A stretch of 64,000 bases of DNA from assembly GCA_964187785.1 (NCBI GenBank), contig OZ076418.1, positions 38,874,001 through 38,938,000 of the forward strand. Direction: 5' to 3'. Every line of letters begins with the position of its first letter. Positions within the stretch are counted from its first letter, which is position 1. The stretch is from Amphiscolops sp. MND2022. Taxonomy: Eukaryota. Shown here piece after piece: positions 35,501-50,500 of this stretch. Made by a program: the position numbers and the translations under genes. Below the pieces are notes generated by a model. The model was not told the origin of the DNA. It made no database searches and saw only the letters and a list, made by a program, of their open reading frames with translations.

Positions 35501-38500
35501 AAGCTAGGCTATAAAAGCAAAATACTACCATTATATGCCGCCACCGCATGCCTTATTGCGGGACCGTAGCCGTAAAATGGAAAAAGCTAGGCTATGAAAG
35601 CAAAATACTAGGCTCACATGCCGCCCACAGGCGTTTTCGCGGCCCCATAGCAGTAAAATGGAAAACGCTAGGCTATAGAAGCAAAATACTAGGCTTACAT
35701 GCTGCCCCGCAGGCCTTATTGCGGCCCCACAGCAGTAAAATGGAAAAAGCTAGGCTAAAAAAGCAATAAACTTGGCTTATATGCCGCCCCCGGAGGCCTA
35801 ACCACGGCCCCATAGCAGTAAAATGGAAAACGCTAGGCTATAGAAGCAAAATACTAGGCTTACATGCTGCCCCGCAGGCCTTATTGCGGCCCCACAGCAG
35901 TAAAATAGAAAAAGCTAGGCTAAAAAAGCAATAAACTTGGCGTAATACAAAAATCTCTAATGAATTCATGAGAAAAAGTTTCTTCATAAGGATTCTACCC
36001 CTGTGGAACAGCTTACCATCTTGTCTGGTCAAAAAGAAATAATGCTGACTGAAGAGGAATGGAATCATGCTGAGAAAGTCTTTGAAAGATTCAAATGCGC
36101 CAATTTGGGTGATTACCATGATTTTTACCTCAATACAGACACTCTGATACTAACGTGCGTGGTTGAAGAATTTCGAACCCTCTGTTACAATACCTATGGC
36201 TCGGACCGCGCCCATTACTTCACCTGCTCGCATTTATCTGGTGACGCTTTCTTGAAAAAATGAAGTACTTCAAATCGAACAACAGATACGTGACCGAGCA
36301 CAACTATACTGACTAACACTTACTGGGTGGTATTGTACGCAAATATCTTGTATGGGGGTGTCATTGAAAAGCTACCACTATCATTGAATAGCTTCGAGAC
36401 AGTTCAAAAAATTGACCTCAACAAAATCTTGGAAACATCTAACGACTCCGAACAAGGATACATTTTAAAGGTGGACCTTCATTACCCCGATAAACTACAT
36501 GATGGGCATCAAGTATTTCCATTAGCCCCTACGGAAGAGAATATACTACAAAGGCCTCGGAGAAACTCAACAAGAGTTGTTGAAAATAATGGCGAAACTA
36601 AACCATTCAGTCAAGGTAAAAAGTTGATTCAATCACTGTCGGACAAGAAGAATTACACAGCTCATTATATTACACTGAAACTCTACGTTAGCCGTGGCAT
36701 AGAAGTCAAGAAAGTACATCGGGTGTTAAAGTTTAAACAATCTTTTTGGCTTAAACCATACATGGAGCTAAACACAACAGAGAAAAGACTCGAAACAAAT
36801 TCGGAGAGTTTCTTCAAATTAATGAATAACTCATGCTACGGGAAAACTCTTGAGAGCAAACGAAACCGCCTCACTGTCCAGCTTGTAAGCAACAGAGAAA
36901 GTCTTTTGAGGAGAACAGACACCCCGTTCATTTGTGAGTTTAAAATCTTCAATGAAAGTCTTGCAGCTATTTCGTCAAGGAAAAGAACCATCTTGTGGAA
37001 CAAACCAACAATTGTTGGAGCATCTGTTTTTTTAGACTTGGCTAAATTCCACAGGTTCAATTTCCACTATAATGTCATGAAAAAGCACCTGAACTGCTTC
37101 GTGTTATACTCAGACACAGATTCTTTGTTGTATGAGATTAAATACACAGACTTTCATGAAGAGCTAGCAACCAATGATGAGCTCCGCCAGCACTTTGACC
37201 TCTCCAATTACCCTAAAGAACATCACCTCTATAACGTTGATAATAAAATGGTCACACTCAAGTTCAAGGATGAACTTGGAGGAGAGCCAATCGAAGAGTT
37301 TGTCGAACTGAAACCCAAAATGTATTCAATCATGGTTGGAGGAAGGCAGAAGCTATCGGCAAAGGGTTTGACTGAATCATGACCTGTACAAAAAAAATTG
37401 AAAACTGGGGAGTCCTACAAGACTGTAAACATGCAAATAGGCTCGCAAAAGCACCAACTACAAACAATCAAGACGAACAAGGTGTCTCTCAGCTCCTTTG
37501 ATGATAAGCGTTATGTATTGGAAGACGGCATCTCAACATTACCCCTTGGTCACTACATGATCAGAGATGTTCATGTTAAGCAAGACTTTATGAATGAGCC
37601 AGAATGGGGATATGAATAGGAAGAGTTGCCATCAAGTCGCACATGGGATGAATTGAACGGCAATGATCCGCAAGTCACAATCACCCAAATATTCCCAGAT
37701 GAGGCTCCGATGCCGGCAAATGCTCCTCTTTCATCAACATTGCGTGTGCGAGTAAGTGAGGATGAGCCAATCTCATTAACTCAACAATTGATGGAAGCAT
37801 GGTCGCCTCCCGATCCGGACATGCACCAAAGAGAGTACGGTGATTCCGAGCTGGAAGACCAATTCAGTAACATGGACGAATCAGTTGAGGAGCGAAGCCC
37901 TCCGAGAAATCTTCTACTGACGATGAGGCAGTGGAAGCATCAGATACAGGTGAAACTGCACACGAAGATGACGAAGAGTCAGACCATAACGACTGTATTA
38001 TTGTCGAGACACTGACAGAAGACGAGGCGACGCCATTGAAGACTTGGAATACCTGATTGATTTCGACAATTGCTTCAACGACGATGAATTTGTGAACCGC
38101 ATCAAAAGAGCAAAAAGAAGGCGTCTGGAAATTGTGAGCGAGAGCGAATAGAACTTCATGTTATTTCATTTGCTACTAGCTAGTCTGCATGCTGCGCTTA
38201 TTGTTTTACTTTGTATTGTTCTCAAGTACCTGTTGAGTAAACTTTAAGTAGCTACAAATGCTTTAGTAACTTCGTGAATTCAGTGTTTTGCTCTCATATT
38301 ATTGGCCGGCCTGTTGTCTAATAGCATAGATTCTCCATAAAATGAAATGGAACGAACTTGGCTATAAAAGCAAAAAACTGGGCTTGAATGTCGCCCCCGG
38401 AGGCCCTATTGCGGCCCCATAGCCGTAAAACGGAAAAAGCTAGGCTATAAAAGCAAAATACTACCATTATATGCCGCCACCGCATGCCTTATTGCGGGAC

Positions 38501-41500
38501 CGTAGCCGTAAAATGGAAAAAGCTAGGCTATGAAAGCAAAATACTAGGCTCACATGCCGCCCACAGGCGTTTTCGCGGCCCCATAGCAGTAAAATGGAAA
38601 ACGCTAGGCTATAGAAGCAAAATACTAGGCTTACATGCTGCCCCGCAGGCCTTATTGCGGCCCCACAGCAGTAAAATGGAAAAAGCTAGGCTAAAAAAGC
38701 AATAAACTTGGCTTATATGCCGCCCCCGGAGGCCTAACCACGGCCCCATAGCAGTAAAATGGAAAACGCTAGGCTATAGAAGCAAAATACTAGGCTTACA
38801 TGCTGCCCCGCAGGCCTTATTGCGGCCCCACAGCAGTAAAATAGAAAAAGCTAGGCTAAAAAAGCAATAAACTTGGCTTATTTGCCGCCCCCGGAGGCCT
38901 GACCACGGCCCCATAGCAGTAAAATGGAAAACGCTAGGCTATAGAAGCAAAATATTAGGTTTACATGCCGCCCCACAGGCCTTATCGCGGCCCCATAGCA
39001 GCAAAATGGAAAAAGCTAGGCGATAAAAGCAAAGTACTAGGCTTACATTCCGCCCCGCAGGCCTTATCGCGGCTCCACAGCCGTAGAATGGAAAAAGAAT
39101 GCGTTAAAAAGCAAAATACTTGGCTTATATGCCGCCCCCGGGGCCTTACTGCGGCCCCATAACCGTAGAATGGAAAAAGCTTGGCTATAAAAGCCAAATA
39201 TTGGGGTTTAATACCGCCCTCGCAGGCCTTGCTGCTGCCCCATAACCGTAGAATGGGAAAAGCTTGGTAGAAAAAGCAAAATACTGGGCTTTAATGCCTC
39301 CCCCGCAGGCTTTACTGCGGCCCCTTAGCAGTAGAATGGACAAAAGATGCATAATATAACAAAATCTTTGGCTCATATAATGATTTTGTATGCTCATATG
39401 GTTGACTGTAGCTATAAATTGAAAGAAAGTGATATGTACGTACCAGTGTGCAGTGTTCTCTTCTGTTGTTTTCTTCATTCTGCTTCTTTTCTGTTACCGC
39501 CCCCCAAAAGCTTTAATATATCCTAGACCTGACGCGTGGTAAAAACCGTGGAATCGGAAACACCGCAAGAATGACCTTTCACACATCCACAGTCCTTACC
39601 CAGGCCGTTCTCACACATAATTCAATCGTTAGCAAAAAAGTGAGAAGGTTGCTTTACTTGATTTTAGATAATGCCTTGTTAATTGCTCTAATACAAGATA
39701 GAGTATTATCAGAACCAGTGATATCATACTCAGTCAAGTCCATCAGTTCGAAAATTTTGCGTACAAGTGGTGATCCTTTGCAACCTTCATCCTTTTTGGC
39801 TGCTCTGATAACAACTTTCACGTCCTGACATTTGCCTTCCACACACGTAGCCAACTTCTCACCAACAAATCGGAAATTCATCTCAGCAATTTCACGGGCT
39901 TTTGATTCAGCGAGACTTCTTGATTTGCCAATTTTCTCGCCTATGCCAATCGATCCTTTGCCGTCTGCTAACATGACACATGCCAAAAAACGAAAGCGCT
40001 GTTGGGTTTTGCCATCTTTCTCAGTCGAAATTCTCTAGAGGTATGCACTTCAACAGTTCTTATTTTTTCACAGACTCGGGCTGTACAATTCGAACTTTGG
40101 CAGGTGGTACCGCCATCATATTTTTTTCTTCCGAAAGGTCCGAGATCGAACTCTTAATATAACTACGCAGCGCATTTTACTTTCGAGGGCATTTTAAGTC
40201 GTTCTTCTATATAAAATTATTTTTTTGGTGTGAAGTGTGATCTTGTTTCAAAGTTTGAAAAGTGTTTTGAAAAAAGTACTAAAAGTAAAATCTCTGCAAA
40301 AAGTCAAAGAAACTAACCTTAGTTTGATGATCAAGAGATGAGACGATAGGGAAAAATTTTCTCCGGGATTGTACACTGCTGTCAAGATTCCGAAGGTACC
40401 AATTCAATGGATATCAGTACACAAATGTTCAATGCATATCAGGATGTAACATTTAATTTCTAGGAGAAACTTTGAAAAATTTCTAAGGAAAGAAAATCTT
40501 TTCAAGAAGCGTAATAACCACTTGATAATTTTTCCGTTCAATTTCATTAGAAAAATTAAACTATGAGTTCATATTAATCCTGATGTGCATTGAGATACTG
40601 ATTCGTTTGCTAAGCTGGGTGATTCATTCAATTTTTCCGGAAAATGTAGACAAAGTCGATAGACTTGATTTTCAGGTGAAATAGAAAAATTAAGCAGAAT
40701 TAAACAGTTGGAGAAATGCAACAGATTTATCTGCTGATGCGATGACAAAGTCGATAGACTGGATGATTTCTAGTTGAAAATAGAAAAATTAAGCAGAATT
40801 AAACAGTTGGAGAAATGCAACAGATTTATCTGCTAATGCGAAGCTTGCAAGGGACTGAATAAACAAAGAAACGGTAGTCAGAAATTAGATGAGTAAAAGC
40901 CCGAAAGATGAAGAAATTTGAGACAAGTAAAGCTGCAAAGTTACAAAAGATTTGTTTATCAAAGAGAAAAGTGCAAGGGTCTGATTAAACAAATTGAAGA
41001 TAGCCAGAAGTTAGTTGAGTGAAAAGCTGTCGCAAACAATGTAGTTTGTTAGTTTAAATTTGGACTGACCAAACAAAAGATACACTGCTCAAAGTATTCA
41101 GGCACTTCATCAAACGACAAATGAAGAATTCCGCCTGGAATGGTTCACTTCATATTAGCATTCAAAAGAATTTCCGCATCAATTCACACTAAGAATGTTC
41201 GAGGGTCCAACGAAAGAGTCTGGAAATATGGCAAATGATTTTATGAACCAGAGAATATTTTCGTAAAGTTTGTCAAGCCGAACGCATGTGTTCGAATCCG
41301 GCGAATATGAAGATATATTTTTGGATTATATTTAAAAGCGATGAATGTTGGATTATATTTAAAAGCGATGAATGACAGTTAGTCGCAATAACTAACCGGG
41401 GAGCCGCTACAGGCTGAATGGTTTTATAATGGAAAAAATATATGTCGATTTCAGTTCGCGGTGGTCAAGTGGTTAGCTACTCTGACTTTCTGTCATGAGG

Positions 41501-44500
41501 TCCCGGGTTCGAATCCGGGACTTTGCAAAGTTTTTATAAACTAAACCCCCCCCTAAGTTCGACCAGAATACATAAAAACGAACTACTTATAGCTTTTATA
41601 TCGGTTAGATTATTGGACGTAGCTTGAAATCAAATAGGTGTATTTTTAAATCATGCCTGCAAAAGGGGTAATTTGCTAATCAACGCTATTATGATCTGAT
41701 GTTTTGTGTCAGTTTTCCTACAACCGGTCTTTCTAGTTTCTTGCGAACTTGCGTATGCTTGAGTAAAGCTTGAATTTTTCCGGTTAAAAACCTGACCGAA
41801 TCTCAACTGAAACCGGTCGTTGTTTGGATTGAAATGAGCCATCGGGAACTAAAATCTGCAGCTCTCGATTTCAATAGAGATCAGGCCGAAAGATTTGGAC
41901 CTGAAAAGACAGAAATAACCAGTTGGTTTATTTTTGTTCTACCGTTTTTGTGCTTCGTTGGTGAATGTTTTAAAATTCAAGCTTGATGTTGATCTTTTAC
42001 AAAATGAAACGTTTTGATTGTTCAGGCCGATCAAAGGGTTGAAGAAGCCAAGGAGTCTCAGCGAAGCCATGTTGAATTCAAGCAGACCAAAATCAATGAC
42101 GTCAAACACGAAATCTCAAACATGATCAACCAGTCATCGCTGTTAGTCGTTCATCATCACGGCTCAGTTATCCACATTCAGTTGCAACGTTACTTTTAAC
42201 CCCAGTTAACCTAGCGTCACTTTAAATTTCTTGGAAGTTTGAAGAAATGCCCATGTCTATTGGGGTTGAACTTATTTCATGAAAATGTCAAGATTTATTC
42301 GGTATTATGTTGATACGATTCACATAAGAAATACTACAAACTTCTAGTGCGGATGGGGCAACGGTTATTCGAGTATCTCTGGTTCTGAAATGAAATTTTG
42401 ACGATTCAAGCGGGACATGGCTATAAACACAATACCATCATAGATTTTTTTCAAAATTTTATTAAATAGTTCCAAAAACTTGCATTTCAAGAACTCAAAT
42501 TGTTGATATTTAGTCGGCGCTTCATCAAGAGAAGCGCGACTGTTATAGTGACTTTTTTCAATCCACACGAACCGACCAAAATAGTTCTTAAAAGTTATAC
42601 CAAAAATTATGGTGTCAAATTGTACCATTTGGCCTAGCGAACTCGACCAAAAAGGTTTTTCCTGTTCTCCCGCGTGACATACCATACCGGGCGAGACCAA
42701 AAGGTCCCCTCTTTCATTTTTTTTCGGCACTGCGAGACTTTTTCGAAAAAAAATTCCTCAAAGGGTCCCCTTCATTTTTTTGCTGTTTTGCGACAATGGA
42801 TGTTGGAAAATCCCAAAGGGTCCTCCCTTTCAGTTTTTTTCGGCACTCTGAGATTATTTTCGAAAATTTTTTTTTCTCCAAAGGGCCCCCCCCTTTCAAC
42901 TGCGACAAAAATGTTGAAAACTTCGAACGTGCCATCCTTTTAGCGCGCCAGGGGCTCGCGCTAGCGGGCCCGGCGCGCCACTTGGTCCTTTTTTGGTTTT
43001 TCGATTTTCGAGTACTGTAAAAGAGAATAGTTGACACTTGTAAGTCCTTTTGCTATTTTTGTGCGTTGGATATGGCGCCGACTTATGTGCCGTTCCCGGC
43101 TTGTTAATATGGATAATGCAAATAGTTAAAAGAATATAAACAAAAAAATCTTTAAATGGAATCCGTTAATATAGTATACTAAGATATATCGCTAAAAATA
43201 TGCAATATTTTCATATATTGCTATATTATCCAAAAAGGCGGATTTATTCGCCGCTTCAATTTTAGGACATTGCACCGCCTAAATTTTGCTTTTCCAGTCT
43301 TGGTGTTGAGTTTAAAATATGCCAACAGTGAGAGAGGGGAGCAGTTGAGAGACATGCAGCAGAGTCTGCTAGAGAGCAAGAAGGAGAGGAGACGGTTGCA
43401 GAAACTAGTGGACCATTACAAGGTTAGTTGAACTAAATACAGCAGCATCAGTGCTTAGAAAGCAGCACGTCAACCCATGTCAGAGTTGGTTGGTGTATGT
43501 GAATTTCGGGCACCTTTATTACAACATTTCAACATTCTACTGATTCTGGCAGAACTTCAGCTTTTTAGCTTGATTTTTCACGAGAAGTTTCACATGTGTT
43601 TCACACTTCTGGAAATATCAAAATAACCTACTACCAGCCTTCAGTGGTACTAATACAATACCAACAGCTAGAGAGAAGTATCACAGTCGAACTAAGAAAC
43701 TTGTATGCAATACAAAAATCTCTAATGAATTCATGAGAAAAAGTTTCTTCATAAGGATTCTACCCCTGTGGAACAGCTTACCATCTTGTCTGGTCAAAAA
43801 GAAATTTTCCTCTGAAGCAATTAAAAGCAAATATAAAGTATATTTCTCAAACAAAATAGCGAAAGAAATGGAACAACCTGAACATAGAAAAAAATGCTGG
43901 AGAGATTACCGCTTCAGTTAATTTTATAATTGATGCATTAATTTTGTTTTTTATTAATAATCACACTGCCTTTTTAAGGAAGCAAAATGATGTCTCTTTT
44001 AGTTAAGGAATTCAGTGTTCTTTTTCATGTAGAAATCCATGTTACTTGTTTTTTCAAGAGTAGTTTTCTCAAATCATTTTTTTGAAAAGTAGTTTGGTGA
44101 TCAATCTATCACTGCAAAATTTCGCAATATGTATCCTAAAACGTGGGAAGTTTGAAACGTTGGGAGCGACGTTTCTTGGCTTAAAGGGATAATACATGTT
44201 CTTTTTGCTAATTGTTTTCAAATATAATGAAGCAAAGTGTCTTAATCTGTTTATTTGCTTCTTCATGGAAAACATGAAACAGAAGTTTCGGAGCATTGAC
44301 CCCAATGAGCTATACCTGAATTTTATCTTTATTTCATTGGTGTAGTGTTTAAGGCTTACTTTCTTTAACTCTAAGGAATGCGACTCAGTTTCTATTTTGA
44401 GATTCCACTTGCATTCTTGTACTGATCAGCAGTATTGTCATGGAATGCAGCTCTGTTATTTGGGTTAATACCTGAACAGGTCTCCTAGCAGTTCACACGT

Positions 44501-47500
44501 GTCTCCTTGATGATTAATTTGCTCAACTGAATGAATCATCAGGAGTTTATTCATTTTCGAAAATGACAAATGTTTTTGTCTAAGTGGTGTCTAGATATGA
44601 ATTTGAATTTTTCTGGTAATTTTTGGGGTTGTGTGGAACCATTTTTCAAGAACGAAATGTTTGTGCATTTTTCCGATTGAATAACTTCACCATCTTCGAG
44701 GTCAAAAATAGAGCGGAATTCATGCATTTCACTTTATACCTAAAGTACTGCACCCAGAAGCAATGTGCTACTGCGTTATTAATGGCAATTTTTTTCAAGG
44801 ATGTTTTTGGTTTTGGACTTGTATGAAGGTTATTTTGTAATCTATATTTTGATTCAAAATCACTCACCCGACTCCAAGTGGGCAATCTTATGATTCGACT
44901 AAAATCTTTTCCTCAATACCAATACCTCGGGAAAACCTTAGTAAATTGCATTTCCTGAAACCATTGTTTCAATGTTTTCCTTTCAACTGAGATTGTGTGT
45001 CCCATATGATGTGTGATGTCTTCTAGGACTCGTGTCCCAGCTGTGAGGAGCACAGAAAGACCATAAAAGGCAGAGACGAGGAGATAGAAGCGTTGAAACT
45101 GAGCGAGACCAACTTGAAGAACGAAGTGCAACAGTTGCAGAGCAAACTCAACTTTCAGGTACAATTTTTCTCGGTTTTTTAAAAAACTAATATTTCAACT
45201 GAATTAAATACAGTTGAATCCGCCTAATTTGTATCGCAAGGGACCGAATAAACTGGTTCGAATAATAAAAAAAACACGAACTAACGGGATGAGATTACTT
45301 TGGTCGTCGGGATACATGGAGTCGGAGATACATACGAATTATGTTGTTGACAAACATAAGCAAGTGACAACTAATGATTGACAGTTCTTTTTGAGCATGA
45401 AACCCCTAAAACTAATATTATTGACAACAACTTTTGACCTCTTACATAACAGGCTGGTATTTTCGCGTCTGGTTCAGACTGTATTCAATAATAAAGCACT
45501 AAAAAACCTTTCATACGGAAATTGTAAACATCATGTGCAGTAAATACATACATGAAAACGATCGCTATTTCTTTTGACATCATTACAGCTTCAAATTAAC
45601 TCTTCGAGTTTTTACTCCTTTTTACTGTCGTCAGTAAAAAATTAAACAAAAATCCAAATTAACCGGACTTGGCTGTATATTTAATAATATTTTGAAATCT
45701 TGTGATGTTTCCCCTAATAAAGCATTTCCAGTTATTGGCCTATGTCATACAACTTTACACAAGGGGCTATTTATCAATGAAACATTTTTCAATCTTTCTG
45801 AGATATTTGAGAAATGTGGGGAGAAGGGAAAAGATCCAAATATTTGGAGGACACATTTATCTTTTAGCTACCCTTTCTTCTGACGTGTTTCCTGATTTTT
45901 GTGTTTAAACCTATTTCGCCCTTTATGAAGAAGCAAGCTGTTATAAACAACGATTTGAAATAATCAAATTAGTCGCTACTAATAGTAATAATAAGAATAG
46001 TCGGATGAGACTGTTGAAAGCAAAAGTGTTTTTTGTCAGCGTACTGTAATGAGTTAGTACTGAGAGTGGCTATTGATGCCCAAACCCAAAAAATACTGGA
46101 CCCTCCCTGTAAGTGACATGAAATGACAAAAAAGGATAGAATAAATTTAATCCCTGTCAAAAAAGCTGATTTTAGTCGAGACCTGCGTTATAGAAACCCC
46201 AAATCAAAACTAACTTTTTTGCGATAAAACTTGTGATTTTGTCTGTATTTTACATGCTTCTGTTGAAGTCATATGAAACTGAAGGATGAATTTCTACCAT
46301 TATTCTTAATTAGTAGACCTCACCCCCCCTCAGATAAAGGATACAGTTGCATCCGCCTAATTCGTATCGCTGGGGACCGAATAAAATAGTGCGAATAATG
46401 GGAAATATTAATTAACCGGATGATATTCGTTTGGTTTTCGCAAAATGGGGTCTCAAATGCATACGAATTGAACGAAGACCCAGATACGAATTAACCAGAG
46501 TTGATTGTATTTTCATATGTACTGTAGACATTGCTTTTCTCGTTTCAGTGCTTGTATAATCGAATTGCCTTGGACCTTGAACTAACTCGATTGGTTTCTT
46601 GGTAACTCCCTTTGGAGGATAACACTGATTAGAGATGTCTGTCTCTCAATCTTCTATCTTGTTGGCTCCCTACAACCCTGTCAGTTGAATAAACAAGGCT
46701 TGCTGAGGTGAGTAGTAATTTATGGAGCTGCTCTCGCTTTTGTAGCCGCTTATGAAACACCAAAGTTCAGGGTTATGACGTCACTTATTGATGGAGCTGG
46801 AAGATACCGTTTAGCGGCAACCGTTTTATTAGCGATTTTTCAAGTGATCTCACTAACCAATCACCGCATTCACGTTGTTTTGTGGACAGCGCTGAAAAAT
46901 TTACAGACGATGTGGAATTTTTAGATTTTGGCGACTTTAGAAAAATCCTATCTATGTTGTTCGAATTAGCTAAGTTAGAATCGACCGCTTTTGCTAAGTC
47001 TTTATTTTGGACGGAAACAGAGATCTGAGGGAAAAAAGGCCACCCCCCTTTTTGGGAAGGACTTATCCGATCAAGCTGAAATTTGGCATGCATAAACTAG
47101 AGGTGTTAACTCAACTTTCGACTCGGAGTACCCGACCTCGTACCTCCCCCCTGTCCCGAGCTATTAGCACCGGAAGTGACCCAGGTCGACCCCCCTACGA
47201 ACTCATCGGCGAAGCACGGAATAAGTCGTATTATATATGGAATTGATAGCCCATATGATACTAAGCGGTTTGCGCACATTTTCGGACACCCACGACGCGT
47301 GTAGGAGGAGCACGGACCCTAAGTAAATAAACCCCGAATGTTATGTAAATAGCCAACGGACGACTCCAAGATCATGAAACTTACCCAAGATGTTCACCTA
47401 GCGACCCTAAGTAATATACATGAAAGATACATTGATCGATCCACTACGCGCGGAGTAATGTTTGTTTGAGGCACGCGGGACCGGACGCACGGGCCCGGCC

Positions 47501-50500
47501 GATAAATGACATTTGATCTTGGCTTGTAATTGTTGACTCTTATTTATGTGTGACTTCTGTTTTATATAGTAATGTCTGGCGGTGGGTTCTAATTCAACCT
47601 TCAACCAACAGTGTTTTCATTGATCTCAGTTCAACATTGGTAGCAGGAGGTGGCACCGATGTCACTATTCAAGAACCCACCGGCCCTTACTGTGGACAAG
47701 GCATATGAGTCCTGGCGCAACGAAGTATTGATGTGGCAAGAGCTCACTGATTTGCCGAAGCCAAAACGAGCTTTAGCCATTGCACTATCGCTAACTGACA
47801 AAGCAGCCCGAGAATATGCTATGGAAATCAACGTGGATATTCTGAAAGCAGATGACGGTGTAGACAAATTACTCGAGGAGCTAGACAAACTGTTTCAGAA
47901 AGATAAAGTGGATCTAGCATATTCTGCGTATAAGAGATTTGACAGTTTTGCCCGAACAAGTGACATGGCTATGTCTGAATTTATAGTGGAATTTGAGAAA
48001 AGATACAACACTGCCAAAAAGCATGTCAATGAGCTTCCTGATACAATCCTAGCTTTTAAGCTATTGGACAGTGCCGGACTAGACGACAGTCAAAAGCAGC
48101 TCGCATTGACTGCCTGCACTGACTGCAAGTTTAGCACCATGAAATCGAGTCTAAACCGTATTTTTGGTGGAAAGGTAAATTCTATGATGGTGCAGCCTGG
48201 GAACAATGATATCACTATCAAAGAGGAAGTGTTCTTTACAAGAGGCTATCGTGGAAGAAATTATCGTGGGCGCGGCTCGCGCAGCACAAACTCCGGCAAT
48301 CGTGGATATCGGTCAAAGCAAAACCCAGTGATTAACGGGTCAGTTAGCAGATGTAACATATGTGATTCGACATTCCATTTTGAACGCAATTGCCCTCATC
48401 GCGATGCTGAGCGACAGGTTTTCGCCAACAACAGTGCTAATGCGGACCAGGTTGAGAATGAAGAGGAGGTGAGTTTGGCGCTTCTGAGTCTTGCGGAACA
48501 CGATGCCCCATATTCTGTCTTTGTTGCAGAAGCTCAGGATTCTGCTGTTCTGGACACTGCCTGTACCAAGACAGTGTGTGGAAGGAAGTGGTTAGAGAGC
48601 TTTATCGACAGTGCTACCAAAGAAGCCTATAGTTCAATATTATTTTTACCGAGTAAAAGACCTTTTCGATTTGGGGATGCGCCTATTGTGAGATCCATTT
48701 ATAAAGTATTGTTGCCTGTTAAAATCGGGGAGCGAAAGTGCTTCATTGAGTCTGAAGTTGTGGACAAGCAGATTCCACTACTTTTAAGCAAAGAGTCTTT
48801 AAAACGGGCAAAGACTCAAATGGACCTGACGAGTGACAACATAACCATGTTTGGTTCTCAAGTGGCGTCATTTCAGACGACCAGTGGCCACTATGCTATT
48901 CCTTTGACGCTGTCATCCTGCTTGCCATCTGAGACAGTTTTGATCACCGCCGTTGATAGTCTCAGCATGCAATCCGATGATGAACTTTCGAAGAGCCTGC
49001 TTAAGATTCACAAGCAGTTTGGTCATGCGTCTTTTGATCGATTAATAGATCTCTTGCGGCGATGTTCACAAAACATTTCTCCTAGACTGAAGCTATGCCT
49101 CGAAACAGTTGTCAAAAGCTGTGATGTATGTAGCCAACGCACCCAGCCATGTCCGCGGCCAGTTGTCAGTTTACCTTTAACAAGTAAATTTAATGAGATT
49201 GTATCAATGGACCTCCATCAACTTGGAGAGAAGCTGTGGTATTTTCATATTATTGACTTGTTCACTCGCCAAAGCGCTGCTGAGATTATTCGATCAAAAT
49301 CTGCTGAAACCATTATTGAGGCCTTTTTTAAATGCTGGATATGTGTCTATGGGGTGCCAAAAGTTGGCGTGTTTTCTGACAACGGGGGAGAGTTCAACAA
49401 TTCACAGTTCAGAGAGATGTGTAGCCTTTTGAACATTTCTGTCAAGACTAGTGCTGGGTACAGTCCCTGGTCGAATGGTGTTGCTGAACGTGGAAATGCC
49501 ATTCTTACCGAGATTGTTCATAAAGTGCGATCTGATCAAAATGTTTCGTGGGAAACAGCACTGGCTTGGGCAATATATGCCAAGAACAATCTCAATAACG
49601 TTTATGGTTTTACGTCTCATCAACTTGTTTTTGGGGAGTCACCTGGAAACCCATCAGTGGAGAACAACAATGTTGCTGGGAACAATTTCTGGACGGCGCC
49701 TTTCATTATGTCAAGAAACATTTATCATGTCTTCACGCAGCACGTTCTGCGTTTATTCAAGCCGAGTCTTCTGAACGAATTAAGCGTGCTCTCTCCAAGA
49801 ACACCCGGCAAACGGGTCAACTATTTAATTCGGGCGACAATGTTTTCTATTGGAAGGATCGTCTTTGGCTTGGACCAGCTAAAGTTATTGGCCAGGAGTC
49901 TAGTGTTGTTCTTATCAGACATGGGGGGGCACTTATAAGAGCACATTGCTCTATAGTTCAACGACGTACACCAGCTTCTAGTAGTGACATGCATGGAAAT
50001 GAAGAATTATCGAAGCAACCAGCGAGCGTTTGTGAACCCCCTGAAGGAAAGGCAACGGTTCCTTCCAGGAACTCAAGACCCTCGTTTTGCCAGACCGATG
50101 AGTCAGACGACGAGAACCCCTCTAGTGATTCCTCTCTGCAATCACACCAGCCTGAGATGACTAGCACCAGTGAACCTTTGGTGCCACCAGACCATTCTAC
50201 TGTAGAATCGAGCCAGCAAGATAAATCTTCCACTGTACCAGTTGTGGATACTTCCAAGATCAAGTGTGGTTCATCAGTGTCTTTTGAGTTAAAGGGCAAA
50301 CATTTTTCTGGGCACGTGATTAGCCGTGCTGGAAAGGCTAAGGGACGCCATTGTAACTGGTACAATGTTAGAACTCAGCAGGAGTATCTGAGCGACTGCA
50401 GTTTGGAGGATGTTAACGCCTACGATCTGAGCAAAGTAGAGAAACTAACGGTTTCGGAAGGTGACACCGTTGCTCAATCCGACGACGCTCCGGACGAAGC

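Larger units (their letters stand above)
25337..43805. repeat. Tandem triplication: full unit 25337-33101 (7765 bp), internally deleted unit 33102-36037 (2936 bp), full unit 36038-43802
   Basis: Constant ORF offsets of 7765, 2936 and 10701; junctions read directly at 33101/33102, 35941-35944 and 36037/36038. Confidence 0.97.

Noticed and set aside
49640-49700. Programmed -1 ribosomal frameshift in the copia
   Set aside because: No canonical X XXY YYZ heptamer, and the position lies inside pol after the integrase core; a 1-bp deletion or error is simpler.
49958-50365. Antisense ORFs over real coding regions (also 3056-3256, 12570-12896, 17504-17848, 21859-22236, 26135-26359)
   Set aside because: Shadow frames of the copia, Helentron, LINE, host exon or pPolB sequences.
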